DNA from: Eledone cirrhosa
Taxonomy: Eukaryota
NCBI GenBank assembly: GCA_964016885.1
Contig: CAXHJY010000713.1
Span: forward strand, 54,861-118,860
Length of the DNA stretch: 64,000 nt
Reading direction: 5' to 3'
Part shown: positions 27,262 to 41,418 of the stretch, in pieces
Position numbering within the stretch: the stretch's first letter is position 1
How the letters are laid out: every line of letters begins with the position of its first letter
Position numbers and translations under genes: made by a program
The notes under the pieces: model-generated
Databases searched by the model: none
What the model was told of the DNA's origin: nothing
Seen by the model: the letters and a program-made list of their open reading frames with translations, nothing else

Positions 27262-27901
27262 ATTTTTTTGCGTCCATTAAGACTTTATTTTGCTTGTGCA
27301 ATTAAGAGTCATTTAAAACAAAACATTAACTTTAATTAATAAACGCTGCTTTTAAAATGAACATATCGCATTTCCAAACAATTTATTCAAATTAAGGCGC
27401 AATCTTTGAATTGGTCTCAAACTGGTGAGTTTTAACTAAGACAATGAGAGCTAAAACACCTCATGCTGATGACTGAAATGTCTTAATATACCTAATATTG
27501 TTCTGTTCTTGCTATAACTAAGACGTCTTAAGACACTTAAGACGCATTAAAACACATAATACTGGGTAGACCTTGCTATAACTAAGACACCTAATGCTGG
27601 TTAGTCTTTACTATAAACAAGACGTATTAAAACACACAATACTGGTCAGTCCTCACTATAATTAACACGTCTAAAGACACCTAATGATAGTCAGTCTTTA
27701 CTATAACCAAGATGTATTAAAACACATACTACTGATCAGCGCTTACTATAACCAATACATCTTAACACACTAAGCTGAAGGTGTAAACCTATAATTTATT
27801 TTATATGTATTCTACACCATACAGTATATTGTCCATTTTACACACTGCCAGTAGTTGATGTTTATGTTCATGTCTTTGAAATAATTCGTTATACCGCAGT
27901 T

Positions 27902-28014
27902 GTCAGGATGGCCGAGCGGTCCAAGGCGCCAGACTCAAGGTGTAGTACCTTATCCAGAACATTGAGTATTCTGGTCCACTAATGTGGGCGTGGGTTCGAA
28001 TCCCACTTCTGACA
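27902..28014 (+). tRNA. tRNA-Leu(CAA), intron, copy 17 (CC type)
   Basis: Same sequence as copy 1. Confidence 0.96.
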
Positions 28015-28820
28015 AATTTTTGTTTTATGTAATTCTTATATTTCTCTCAACATATTTTACCTCTCAAATATATACGTTTCTTGTTTATGTATTTATCAGA
28101 GTGATATTCAGTCTTACTTTAAATAATTATATACAGAAACATGTGGTATCAGTTGTATATATGATAATTGGTTTTATATATGAAAACATTATATACACAC
28201 AACATATATCTATATACATGGGTGATATGATACAGAGGACTTGTAGCTGATGTATATAAAAGCACCAGTTGTATTTTATGCTGTTCTACATGCTGGACAT
28301 GTAGTGAGTGGTACATATACCACATGTAGTAGTATATATAAAACTGCTATATATACAGGACATGTGGTTGTTGGTGTATATTATAACTGTTTATAGTTAT
28401 CAATTATATTCATACAAATCAATTATTCATTACAACAAATTACAATATATTTTAATCATTATCAACCATAATTAATTATTAATATTCTCTCTTACTAATA
28501 AATCATTCTAAATTATCATATACTAAATACCTGTAGATACCTGGATAAGACATAATCTGATTTCCCATGTATGTTGTAATGTTTTTCTCTGCCGATGAGC
28601 AAGACGTCTTAAATACCTAATTCTGAAGACAAAGGTCTTTTAAAACATGTAACTCTGGTCAGTTCTTACTAAGACACAGATGTTGTAAGACCTCAAGGTG
28701 TAAATCTATAATATAATTGATATGAATTCTACACCATCAGTATATTGTAATTTTTACACACTGACAGTAATTGGATGTTTATGTTTATAAGTCTTTGAAA
28801 TATTTCGTCATACATCGGTT

Positions 28821-28926
28821 GTCAGGATTGTCGAGTGGTCTAAGGCGCCAACCACAGGTGTAATACCTTGACCAGATCATTGAGTTTTCTGGTCCACTAA
28901 TGTGGTTTCGAATGCAGCTTCTGACA
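28821..28926 (+). pseudogene. Degenerate tRNA-Leu copy, unit 18 (type B)
   Basis: As unit 2. Confidence 0.9.
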
Positions 28927-29566
28927 ATTTTTTTGGGTCCATCAAGCCTTTATTTTGCTTGTGCAATTAAGAGTCATTTAAAACTAAACATTATGTTTAA
29001 TTAATAAACGCTGCTTTTAAAATGAACATATCGCACTTCGAAACAATTTATTCAAACTAAGGTGCAACCTTTGAATTTGTCTCATACTGGTGTGTTTTAA
29101 CTAAGACAATGAGAGATAAAACACCTCATACTGATGACTAAAATGTCATAATATACCTAATACTGGTCTGTTCTTGCTATAACTAAGACGTCTTAAGACA
29201 CTTAAGACGCATTAAAACACATAAGACTGGGTAGACCTTGCTATAACTAAGACACCTAATGTTGGTTAGTCTTTACTATAAACAAGACGTATTAAAACAC
29301 ACAATATTGGTCAGTCCTTGCTATAATTAACACGTCTTAAGACACCTAATGATAGTCAGTCTTTACTATAACCAAGATGTATTAAAACACATACTACTGA
29401 TCAGCGCTTACTATAACCAATACATCTGAACACACTAAGCTGAAGGTGTAAACCTATAATTTATTTTATATGTATTCTACACCATACAGTATAATGTCCA
29501 TTTTACACACTGCCAGTAGTTGATGTTTATGTTCATGTCTTTGAAATAATTCGTTATACCGCAGTT

Positions 29567-29679
29567 GTCAGGATGGCCGAGCGGTCCAAGGCGCCAGACT
29601 CAAGGTGTAGTACCTTATCCAGAACATTGAGTATTCTGGTCCACTAATGTGGGCGTGGGTTCGAATCCCACTTCTGACA
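29567..29679 (+). tRNA. tRNA-Leu(CAA), intron, copy 18 (CC type)
   Basis: Same sequence as copy 1. Confidence 0.96.
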
Positions 29680-30485
29680 AATTTTTGTTTTATGTAATTC
29701 TTATATTTCTCTCAACATATTTTACCTCTCAAATATATACGTTTCTTGTTTATGTATTTATCAGAGTGATATTCAGTCTTACTTTAAATAATTATATACA
29801 GAAACATGTGGTATCAGTTGTATATATGATAATTGGTTTTATATATGAAAACATTATATACACACAACATATATCTATATACATGGGTGATATGATACAG
29901 AGGACTTGTAGCTGATGTATATAAAAGCACCAGTTGTATTTTATGCTGTTCTACATGCTGGACATGTAGTGAGTGGTACATATACCACATGTAGTAGTAT
30001 ATATAAAACTGCTATATATACAGGACATGTGGTTGTTGGTGTATATTATAACTGTTTATAGTTATCAATTATATTCATACAAATCAATTATTCATTACAA
30101 CAAATTACAATATATTTTAATCATTATCAACCATAATTAATTATTAATATTCTCTCTTACTAATAAATCATTCTAAATTATCATATACTAAATACCTGTA
30201 GATACCTGGATAAGACATAATCTGATTTCCCATGTATGTTGTAATGTTTTTCTCTGCCGATGAGCAAGACGTCTTAAATACCTAATTCTGAAGACAAAGG
30301 TCTTTTAAAACATGTAACTCTGGTCAGTTCTTACTAAGACACAGATGTTGTAAGACCTCAAGGTGTAAATCTATAATATAATTGATATGAATTCTACACC
30401 ATCAGTATATTGTAATTTTTACACACTGACAGTAATTGGATGTTTATGTTTATAAGTCTTTGAAATATTTCGTCATACATCGGTT

Positions 30486-30591
30486 GTCAGGATTGTCGAG
30501 TGGTCTAAGGCGCCAACCACAGGTGTAATACCTTGACCAGATCATTGAGTTTTCTGGTCCACTAATGTGGTTTCGAATGCAGCTTCTGACA
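30486..30591 (+). pseudogene. Degenerate tRNA-Leu copy, unit 19 (type B)
   Basis: As unit 2. Confidence 0.9.
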
Positions 30592-31231
30592 ATTTTTTTG
30601 GGTCCATCAAGCCTTTATTTTGCTTGTGCAATTAAGAGTCATTTAAAACTAAACATTATGTTTAATTAATAAACGCTGCTTTTAAAATGAACATATCGCA
30701 CTTCGAAACAATTTATTCAAACTAAGGTGCAACCTTTGAATTTGTCTCATACTGGTGTGTTTTAACTAAGACAATGAGAGATAAAACACCTCATACTGAT
30801 GACTAAAATGTCATAATATACCTAATACTGGTCTGTTCTTGCTATAACTAAGACGTCTTAAGACACTTAAGACGCATTAAAACACATAAGACTGGGTAGA
30901 CCTTGCTATAACTAAGACACCTAATGTTGGTTAGTCTTTACTATAAACAAGACGTATTAAAACACACAATATTGGTCAGTCCTTGCTATAATTAACACGT
31001 CTTAAGACACCTAATGATAGTCAGTCTTTACTATAACCAAGATGTATTAAAACACATACTACTGATCAGCGCTTACTATAACCAATACATCTGAACACAC
31101 TAAGCTGAAGGTGTAAACCTATAATTTATTTTATATGTATTCTACACCATACAGTATAATGTCCATTTTACACACTGCCAGTAGTTGATGTTTATGTTCA
31201 TGTCTTTGAAATAATTCGTTATACCGCAGTT

Positions 31232-31344
31232 GTCAGGATGGCCGAGCGGTCTAAGGCGCCAGACTCAAGGTGTAGTACCTTAACCAGAACATTGAGTATT
31301 CTGGTCCACTAATGTGGGCGTGGGTTCGAATCCCACTTCTGACA
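31232..31344 (+). tRNA. tRNA-Leu(CAA), intron, copy 19 (CT type)
   Basis: Same as copy 12. Confidence 0.96.
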
Positions 31345-32150
31345 AATTTTTGTTTTATGTAATTCTTATATTTCTCTCAACATATTTTACCTCTCAAATA
31401 TATACGTTTCTTGTTTATGTATTTATCAGAGTGATATTCAGTCTTACTTTAAATAATTATATACAGAAACATGTGGTATCAGTTGTATATATGATAATTG
31501 GTTTTATATATGAAAACATTATATACACACAACATATATCTATATACATGGGTGATATGATACAGAGGACTTGTAGCTGATGTATATAAAAGCATCAGTT
31601 GTATTTTATGCTGTTCTACATGCTGGACATGTAGTGAGTGGTACATATACCACATGCAGTAGTATATATAAAACTGCTATATATACAGGACATGTGGTTG
31701 TTGGTGTATATTATAACTGTTTATAGTTATCAATTATATTCATACAAATCAATTATTCATTACAACAAATTACAATATATTTTAATCATTATCAACCATA
31801 ATTAATTATTAATATTCTCTCTTACTAATAAATCATTCTAAATTATCATATACTAAATACCTGTAGATACCTGGATAAGACATAATCTGATTTCCCATGT
31901 ATGTTGTAATGTTTTTCTCTGCCGATGAGCAAGACGTCTTAAATACCTAATTCTGAAGACAAAGGTCTTTTAAAACATGTAACTCTGGTCAGTTCTTACT
32001 AAGACACAGATGTTGTAAGACCTCAAGGTGTAAATCTATAATATAATTGATATGAATTCTACACCATCAGTATATTGTAATTTTTACACACTGACAGTAA
32101 TTGGATGTTTATGTTTATAAGTCTTTGAAATATTTCGTCATACATCGGTT

Positions 32151-32256
32151 GTCAGGATTGTCGAGTGGTCTAAGGCGCCAACCACAGGTGTAATACCTTG
32201 ACCAGATCATTGAGTTTTCTGGTCCACTAATGTGGTTTCGAATGCAGCTTCTGACA
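32151..32256 (+). pseudogene. Degenerate tRNA-Leu copy, unit 20 (type B)
   Basis: As unit 2. Confidence 0.9.
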
Positions 32257-32896
32257 ATTTTTTTGGGTCCATCAAGCCTTTATTTTGCTTGTGCAATTAA
32301 GAGTCATTTAAAACTAAACATTATGTTTAATTAATAAACGCTGCTTTTAAAATGAACATATCGCACTTCGAAACAATTTATTCAAACTAAGGTGCAACCT
32401 TTGAATTTGTCTCATACTGGTGTGTTTTAACTAAGACAATGAGAGATAAAACACCTCATACTGATGACTAAAATGTCATAATATACCTAATACTGGTCTG
32501 TTCTTGCTATAACTAAGACGTCTTAAGACACTTAAGACGCATTAAAACACATAAGACTGGGTAGACCTTGCTATAACTAAGACACCTAATGTTGGTTAGT
32601 CTTTACTATAAACAAGACGTATTAAAACACACAATATTGGTCAGTCCTTGCTATAATTAACACGTCTTAAGACACCTAATGATAGTCAGTCTTTACTATA
32701 ACCAAGATGTATTAAAACACATACTACTGATCAGCGCTTACTATAACCAATACATCTGAACACACTAAGCTGAAGGTGTAAACCTATAATTTATTTTATA
32801 TGTATTCTACACCATACAGTATAATGTCCATTTTACACACTGCCAGTAGTTGATGTTTATGTTCATGTCTTTGAAATAATTCGTTATACCGCAGTT

Positions 32897-33009
32897 GTCA
32901 GGATGGCCGAGCGGTCCAAGGCGCCAGACTCAAGGTGTAGTACCTTATCCAGAACATTGAGTATTCTGGTCCACTAATGTGGGCGTGGGTTCGAATCCCA
33001 CTTCTGACA
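32897..33009 (+). tRNA. tRNA-Leu(CAA), intron, copy 20 (CC type)
   Basis: Same sequence as copy 1. Confidence 0.96.
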
Positions 33010-33815
33010 AATTTTTGTTTTATGTAATTCTTATATTTCTCTCAACATATTTTACCTCTCAAATATATACGTTTCTTGTTTATGTATTTATCAGAGTGAT
33101 ATTCAGTCTTACTTTAAATAATTATATACAGAAACATGTGGTATCAGTTGTATATATGATAATTGGTTTTATATATGAAAACATTATATACACACAACAT
33201 ATATCTATATACATGGGTGATATGATACAGAGGACTTGTAGCTGATGTATATAAAAGCACCAGTTGTATTTTATGCTGTTCTACATGCTGGACATGTAGT
33301 GAGTGGTACATATACCACATGTAGTAGTATATATAAAACTGCTATATATACAGGACATGTGGTTGTTGGTGTATATTATAACTGTTTATAGTTATCAATT
33401 ATATTCATACAAATCAATTATTCATTACAACAAATTACAATATATTTTAATCATTATCAACCATAATTAATTATTAATATTCTCTCTTACTAATAAATCA
33501 TTCTAAATTATCATATACTAAATACCTGTAGATACCTGGATAAGACATAATCTGATTTCCCATGTATGTTGTAATGTTTTTCTCTGCCGATGAGCAAGAC
33601 GTCTTAAATACCTAATTCTGAAGACAAAGGTCTTTTAAAACATGTAACTCTGGTCAGTTCTTACTAAGACACAGATGTTGTAAGACCTCAAGGTGTAAAT
33701 CTATAATATAATTGATATGAATTCTACACCATCAGTATATTGTAATTTTTACACACTGACAGTAATTGGATGTTTATGTTTATAAGTCTTTGAAATATTT
33801 CGTCATACATCGGTT

Positions 33816-33921
33816 GTCAGGATTGTCGAGTGGTCTAAGGCGCCAACCACAGGTGTAATACCTTGACCAGATCATTGAGTTTTCTGGTCCACTAATGTGG
33901 TTTCGAATGCAGCTTCTGACA
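33816..33921 (+). pseudogene. Degenerate tRNA-Leu copy, unit 21 (type B)
   Basis: As unit 2. Confidence 0.9.
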
Positions 33922-34561
33922 ATTTTTTTGGGTCCATCAAGCCTTTATTTTGCTTGTGCAATTAAGAGTCATTTAAAACTAAACATTATGTTTAATTAAT
34001 AAACGCTGCTTTTAAAATGAACATATCGCACTTCGAAACAATTTATTCAAACTAAGGTGCAACCTTTGAATTTGTCTCATACTGGTGTGTTTTAACTAAG
34101 ACAATGAGAGATAAAACACCTCATACTGATGACTAAAATGTCATAATATACCTAATACTGGTCTGTTCTTGCTATAACTAAGACGTCTTAAGACACTTAA
34201 GACGCATTAAAACACATAAGACTGGGTAGACCTTGCTATAACTAAGACACCTAATGTTGGTTAGTCTTTACTATAAACAAGACGTATTAAAACACACAAT
34301 ATTGGTCAGTCCTTGCTATAATTAACACGTCTTAAGACACCTAATGATAGTCAGTCTTTACTATAACCAAGATGTATTAAAACACATACTACTGATCAGC
34401 GCTTACTATAACCAATACATCTGAACACACTAAGCTGAAGGTGTAAACCTATAATTTATTTTATATGTATTCTACACCATACAGTATAATGTCCATTTTA
34501 CACACTGCCAGTAGTTGATGTTTATGTTCATGTCTTTGAAATAATTCGTTATACCGCAGTT

Positions 34562-34674
34562 GTCAGGATGGCCGAGCGGTCCAAGGCGCCAGACTCAAGG
34601 TGTAGTACCTTATCCAGAACATTGAGTATTCTGGTCCACTAATGTGGGCGTGGGTTCGAATCCCACTTCTGACA
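34562..34674 (+). tRNA. tRNA-Leu(CAA), intron, copy 21 (CC type)
   Basis: Same sequence as copy 1. Confidence 0.96.
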
Positions 34675-35480
34675 AATTTTTGTTTTATGTAATTCTTATA
34701 TTTCTCTCAACATATTTTACCTCTCAAATATATACGTTTCTTGTTTATGTATTTATCAGAGTGATATTCAGTCTTACTTTAAATAATTATATACAGAAAC
34801 ATGTGGTATCAGTTGTATATATGATAATTGGTTTTATATATGAAAACATTATATACACACAACATATATCTATATACATGGGTGATATGATACAGAGGAC
34901 TTGTAGCTGATGTATATAAAAGCACCAGTTGTATTTTATGCTGTTCTACATGCTGGACATGTAGTGAGTGGTACATATACCACATGTAGTAGTATATATA
35001 AAACTGCTATATATACAGGACATGTGGTTGTTGGTGTATATTATAACTGTTTATAGTTATCAATTATATTCATACAAATCAATTATTCATTACAACAAAT
35101 TACAATATATTTTAATCATTATCAACCATAATTAATTATTAATATTCTCTCTTACTAATAAATCATTCTAAATTATCATATACTAAATACCTGTAGATAC
35201 CTGGATAAGACATAATCTGATTTCCCATGTATGTTGTAATGTTTTTCTCTGCCGATGAGCAAGACGTCTTAAATACCTAATTCTGAAGACAAAGGTCTTT
35301 TAAAACATGTAACTCTGGTCAGTTCTTACTAAGACACAGATGTTGTAAGACCTCAAGGTGTAAATCTATAATATAATTGATATGAATTCTACACCATCAG
35401 TATATTGTAATTTTTACACACTGACAGTAATTGGATGTTTATGTTTATAAGTCTTTGAAATATTTCGTCATACATCGGTT

Positions 35481-35586
35481 GTCAGGATTGTCGAGTGGTC
35501 TAAGGCGCCAACCACAGGTGTAATACCTTGACCAGATCATTGAGTTTTCTGGTCCACTAATGTGGTTTCGAATGCAGCTTCTGACA
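35481..35586 (+). pseudogene. Degenerate tRNA-Leu copy, unit 22 (type B)
   Basis: As unit 2. Confidence 0.9.
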
Positions 35587-36226
35587 ATTTTTTTGGGTCC
35601 ATCAAGCCTTTATTTTGCTTGTGCAATTAAGAGTCATTTAAAACTAAACATTATGTTTAATTAATAAACGCTGCTTTTAAAATGAACATATCGCACTTCG
35701 AAACAATTTATTCAAACTAAGGTGCAACCTTTGAATTTGTCTCATACTGGTGTGTTTTAACTAAGACAATGAGAGATAAAACACCTCATACTGATGACTA
35801 AAATGTCATAATATACCTAATACTGGTCTGTTCTTGCTATAACTAAGACGTCTTAAGACACTTAAGACGCATTAAAACACATAAGACTGGGTAGACCTTG
35901 CTATAACTAAGACACCTAATGTTGGTTAGTCTTTACTATAAACAAGACGTATTAAAACACACAATATTGGTCAGTCCTTGCTATAATTAACACGTCTTAA
36001 GACACCTAATGATAGTCAGTCTTTACTATAACCAAGATGTATTAAAACACATACTACTGATCAGCGCTTACTATAACCAATACATCTGAACACACTAAGC
36101 TGAAGGTGTAAACCTATAATTTATTTTATATGTATTCTACACCATACAGTATAATGTCCATTTTACACACTGCCAGTAGTTGATGTTTATGTTCATGTCT
36201 TTGAAATAATTCGTTATACCGCAGTT

Positions 36227-36339
36227 GTCAGGATGGCCGAGCGGTCCAAGGCGCCAGACTCAAGGTGTAGTACCTTATCCAGAACATTGAGTATTCTGGT
36301 CCACTAATGTGGGCGTGGGTTCGAATCCCACTTCTGACA
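36227..36339 (+). tRNA. tRNA-Leu(CAA), intron, copy 22 (CC type)
   Basis: Same sequence as copy 1. Confidence 0.96.
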
Positions 36340-37145
36340 AATTTTTGTTTTATGTAATTCTTATATTTCTCTCAACATATTTTACCTCTCAAATATATAC
36401 GTTTCTTGTTTATGTATTTATCAGAGTGATATTCAGTCTTACTTTAAATAATTATATACAGAAACATGTGGTATCAGTTGTATATATGATAATTGGTTTT
36501 ATATATGAAAACATTATATACACACAACATATATCTATATACATGGGTGATATGATACAGAGGACTTGTAGCTGATGTATATAAAAGCACCAGTTGTATT
36601 TTATGCTGTTCTACATGCTGGACATGTAGTGAGTGGTACATATACCACATGTAGTAGTATATATAAAACTGCTATATATACAGGACATGTGGTTGTTGGT
36701 GTATATTATAACTGTTTATAGTTATCAATTATATTCATACAAATCAATTATTCATTACAACAAATTACAATATATTTTAATCATTATCAACCATAATTAA
36801 TTATTAATATTCTCTCTTACTAATAAATCATTCTAAATTATCATATACTAAATACCTGTAGATACCTGGATAAGACATAATCTGATTTCCCATGTATGTT
36901 GTAATGTTTTTCTCTGCCGATGAGCAAGACGTCTTAAATACCTAATTCTGAAGACAAAGGTCTTTTAAAACATGTAACTCTGGTCAGTTCTTACTAAGAC
37001 ACAGATGTTGTAAGACCTCAAGGTGTAAATCTATAATATAATTGATATGAATTCTACACCATCAGTATATTGTAATTTTTACACACTGACAGTAATTGGA
37101 TGTTTATGTTTATAAGTCTTTGAAATATTTCGTCATACATCGGTT

Positions 37146-37251
37146 GTCAGGATTGTCGAGTGGTCTAAGGCGCCAACCACAGGTGTAATACCTTGACCAG
37201 ATCATTGAGTTTTCTGGTCCACTAATGTGGTTTCGAATGCAGCTTCTGACA
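37146..37251 (+). pseudogene. Degenerate tRNA-Leu copy, unit 23 (type B)
   Basis: As unit 2. Confidence 0.9.
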
Positions 37252-37891
37252 ATTTTTTTGGGTCCATCAAGCCTTTATTTTGCTTGTGCAATTAAGAGTC
37301 ATTTAAAACTAAACATTATGTTTAATTAATAAACGCTGCTTTTAAAATGAACATATCGCACTTCGAAACAATTTATTCAAACTAAGGTGCAACCTTTGAA
37401 TTTGTCTCATACTGGTGTGTTTTAACTAAGACAATGAGAGATAAAACACCTCATACTGATGACTAAAATGTCATAATATACCTAATACTGGTCTGTTCTT
37501 GCTATAACTAAGACGTCTTAAGACACTTAAGACGCATTAAAACACATAAGACTGGGTAGACCTTGCTATAACTAAGACACCTAATGTTGGTTAGTCTTTA
37601 CTATAAACAAGACGTATTAAAACACACAATATTGGTCAGTCCTTGCTATAATTAACACGTCTTAAGACACCTAATGATAGTCAGTCTTTACTATAACCAA
37701 GATGTATTAAAACACATACTACTGATCAGCGCTTACTATAACCAATACATCTGAACACACTAAGCTGAAGGTGTAAACCTATAATTTATTTTATATGTAT
37801 TCTACACCATACAGTATAATGTCCATTTTACACACTGCCAGTAGTTGATGTTTATGTTCATGTCTTTGAAATAATTCGTTATACCGCAGTT

Positions 37892-38004
37892 GTCAGGATG
37901 GCCGAGCGGTCTAAGGCGCCAGACTCAAGGTGTAGTACCTTAACCAGAACATTGAGTATTCTGGTCCACTAATGTGGGCGTGGGTTCGAATCCCACTTCT
38001 GACA
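37892..38004 (+). tRNA. tRNA-Leu(CAA), intron, copy 23 (CT type)
   Basis: Same as copy 12. Confidence 0.96.
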
Positions 38005-38810
38005 AATTTTTGTTTTATGTAATTCTTATATTTCTCTCAACATATTTTACCTCTCAAATATATACGTTTCTTGTTTATGTATTTATCAGAGTGATATTCA
38101 GTCTTACTTTAAATAATTATATACAGAAACATGTGGTATCAGTTGTATATATGATAATTGGTTTTATATATGAAAACATTATATACACACAACATATATC
38201 TATATACATGGGTGATATGATACAGAGGACTTGTAGCTGATGTATATAAAAGCATCAGTTGTATTTTATGCTGTTCTACATGCTGGACATGTAGTGAGTG
38301 GTACATATACCACATGCAGTAGTATATATAAAACTGCTATATATACAGGACATGTGGTTGTTGGTGTATATTATAACTGTTTATAGTTATCAATTATATT
38401 CATACAAATCAATTATTCATTACAACAAATTACAATATATTTTAATCATTATCAACCATAATTAATTATTAATATTCTCTCTTACTAATAAATCATTCTA
38501 AATTATCATATACTAAATACCTGTAGATACCTGGATAAGACATAATCTGATTTCCCATGTATGTTGTAATGTTTTTCTCTGCCGATGAGCAAGACGTCTT
38601 AAATACCTAATTCTGAAGACAAAGGTGTCTTAAAACATGTAACTCTGGTCAGTTCTTACTAAGACACAGATGTTGTAAGACCTCAAGATGTAAATCTATA
38701 ATATAATTGATATGTATTCTACACCATCAGTATATTGTCAATTTTACACACTGACAGTAATTGGATGTTTATGTTTATAAGTCTTTGAAATATTTCGTCA
38801 TACATCGGTT

Positions 38811-38916
38811 GTCAGGAATGTCGAGTGGTCTAAGGCGCAAACCACAGGTGTAATACTTTGACCAGAACATTGAGTTTTCTGGTCCACTAATGTGGTTGCG
38901 AATGCAGCTTCTGACA
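38811..38916 (+). pseudogene. Degenerate tRNA-Leu copy, unit 24 (type A, GGTTGCG)
   Basis: As unit 8. The downstream spacer mixes A and B markers. Confidence 0.9.
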
Positions 38917-39555
38917 ATTTTTTTGCGTCCATTAAGACTTTATTTTGCTTGTGCAATTAAGAGTCATTTAAAACAAAACATTATGTTTAATTAATAAACG
39001 CTGCTTTTAAAATGAACATATCGCATTTCCAAACAATTTATTCAAACTAAGGTGCAACCTTTGAATAGGTCTCATACTGGTGAGTTTTAACTAAGACAAT
39101 GAGAGCTAAAACACCTCATGCTGATGACTGAAATGTCTTAATATACCTAATACTGGTCTGTTCTTGCTATAACTAAGACGTCTAAGACACTTAAGACGCA
39201 TTAAAACACATAATACTGGGTAGACCTTGCTATAACTAAGACACCTAATGCTGGTTAGTCTTTACTATAAACAAGACGTATTAAAACACACAATACTGGT
39301 CAGTCCTTGCTATAATTAACACGTCTTAAGACACCTAATGATAGTCAGTCTTTACTATAACCAAGATGTATTAAAACACATACTACTGATCAGCGCTTAC
39401 TATAACCAATACATCTTAACACACTAAGCTGAAGGTGTAAACCTATAATTTATTTTATATGTATTCTACACCATACAGTATATTGTCCATTTTACACATT
39501 GCCAGTAGTTGATGTTTATGTTCATATCTTTGAAATAATTCGTTATACCTCAGTT

Positions 39556-39668
39556 GTCAGGATGGCCGAGCGGTCCAAGGCGCCAGACTCAAGGTGTAGC
39601 ACCTTATCCAGAACATTGAGTATTCTGGTCCACTAATGTGGGCGTGGGTTCGAATCCCACTTCTGACA
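39556..39668 (+). tRNA. tRNA-Leu(CAA), intron, copy 24 (CC type)
   Basis: Exons intact. One intron substitution (GTGTAGCACC). Trailer AATGTTTGTTTT. Confidence 0.93.
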
Positions 39669-40471
39669 AATGTTTGTTTTATGTAATTCTTATATTTCTC
39701 TCAACATATTTTACCTCTTAAATATATACGTTTCTTGTTTATGTATTTATCAGAGTGATATTCAGTCTTACTTTAAATAATTATATACAGAAACATGTGG
39801 TATCAGTTGTATATATGATAATTGGTTTTATATATGAAAACATTATATACACACAACATATATCTATATACATGGGTGATATGATACAGAGGACTTGTAG
39901 CTGATGTATATAAAAGCACCAGTTGTATTTTATGCTGTTCTACATGCTGGACATGTAGTGAGTGGTACATATACCACATGTAGTAGTATATATAAAACTG
40001 CTATATATACAGGACATGTGGTTGTTGGTGTATATTATAACTGTTTATAGTTATCAATTATATTCATACAAATCAATTATTCATTACAACAAATTACAAT
40101 ATATTTTAATCATTATCAACCATAATTAATTATTAATATTCTCTCTTACTAATAAACCATTCTAAATTATCATATACTAAATACCTGTAGATACCTGGAT
40201 AAGACATAATCTGATTTCCCATGTATGTTGTAATGTTTTTCTCTGCCGATGAGCAAGACATCTTAAATACCTAATTCTGAAGACAAAGGTGTCTTAAAAC
40301 ATGTAACTCTGGTCAATTCTTACTAAGACAAAGATGTAAGACCTCAAGGTGTAAATCTATAATATAATTGATATGTATTCTACACCATCAGTATATTGTC
40401 AATTTTACACACTGACAGTAATTGGATGTTTATGTTTATAAGTCTTTGAAATATTTCGTCATACATCGGTT

Positions 40472-40559
40472 GTCAGGATGGCCGAGTCGTCTAAGGCGCC
40501 AACCACAAAACATTGAATATTCTTGTCCACTAATGTGGTTTCGAATCTACCCTCTGACA
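40472..40559 (+). pseudogene. Degenerate tRNA-Leu copy, terminal unit 25
   Basis: GTCAGGATGGCCGAGTCGTCTAAGGCGCCAACCACAAAACATTGAATATTCTTGTCCACTAATGTGGTTTCGAATCTACCCTCTGACA keeps the gene-like 5' end and has an additional 18-bp deletion in the intron. Confidence 0.88.
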
Positions 40560-40812
40560 ATTTTTTCGTGCCATTAAGCCTTTACTTTGTTTCTGCAATT
40601 AAGGGTCATTTAAAACAAAACATTAAGTTTAATTAATAAACGCTGCTTTTAAAATGAACATATCGCATTTTATGTAAAACATTTTATTCAAACATTGGTG
40701 CAATCTTTGAATTGGTCTCATACTGGTGAGTTTTAACTAAGACAATGAGAGCTAAAAAATCTCATGCTGATGACTGAAATGTCTTAATATACCTAATACT
40801 TGTCAGTTCTTG

Positions 40813-41290
40813 CTATAACTAAGACGTCTTAAGACACTTAATGTTGGTCGGTCTTTACTAAAACCAAGACGTATTAAAACACATAATACTGGTTAGTTAT
40901 TGCTATAACTAAGACGTCTTAAGACACCTAATGCTGGTTAGTCTTTACTAGCAACAAGACGTATTAAAACACATAATACTGGTGAGTCCATGCTATAACT
41001 AAGACATCTTCAGGCACCTAATGCTGGTTAGTCTTTACTATAACCAAGACGTATTAAAACACACAATACTGGTCAGTCCTTGCTATAACTAACACGTCTT
41101 AAGACACCTAATGCTGGTTAGTCTTTACTATAAACAAGACGTATTAAAACACGCAATACTGGTCAGTCCTTGCTATAACTGACACGTCTTAAGACACCTA
41201 ATGCTAGTCAGTCTTTACTATAACCAAGATGTATTAAAACACATACTACTGATCAGCGCTTACTATAACCAATACATCTTAACACACTAA
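40813..41290 (+). repeat. 45-bp minisatellite (90-bp dimer) in the spacer of the terminal unit; shorter, deleted versions in every unit (e.g. ~800-1140)
   Basis: CTATAACTAAGACGTCTTAAGACACCTAATGCTGGTTAGTCTTTA alternates with CTATAACCAAGACGTATTAAAACACAYAATACTGGTCAGTCCTTG. Monomers start at 40813, 40858, 40903 ... 41263. Confidence 0.92.
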
Positions 41291-41418
41291 GCTGAAGGTG
41301 CAAACCTATAATTTATTTTATATGTATTCTACACCATACAGTATATTGTCCATTTTACACACTGCCAGTAGTTGATGTTTATGTTCATTTCTTTGAAATA
41401 ATTCGTTATACCGCAGTT

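Noticed and set aside
1350-38240. Repeated 87-91 aa ORF MGVGSNPTSDKFLFY...
   Set aside because: It starts at a GTG inside the tRNA variable/T arm (GSNPTS is the translated T loop) and runs through the Pol III terminator into AT-rich spacer. It is broken in unit 24 and has no protein features.
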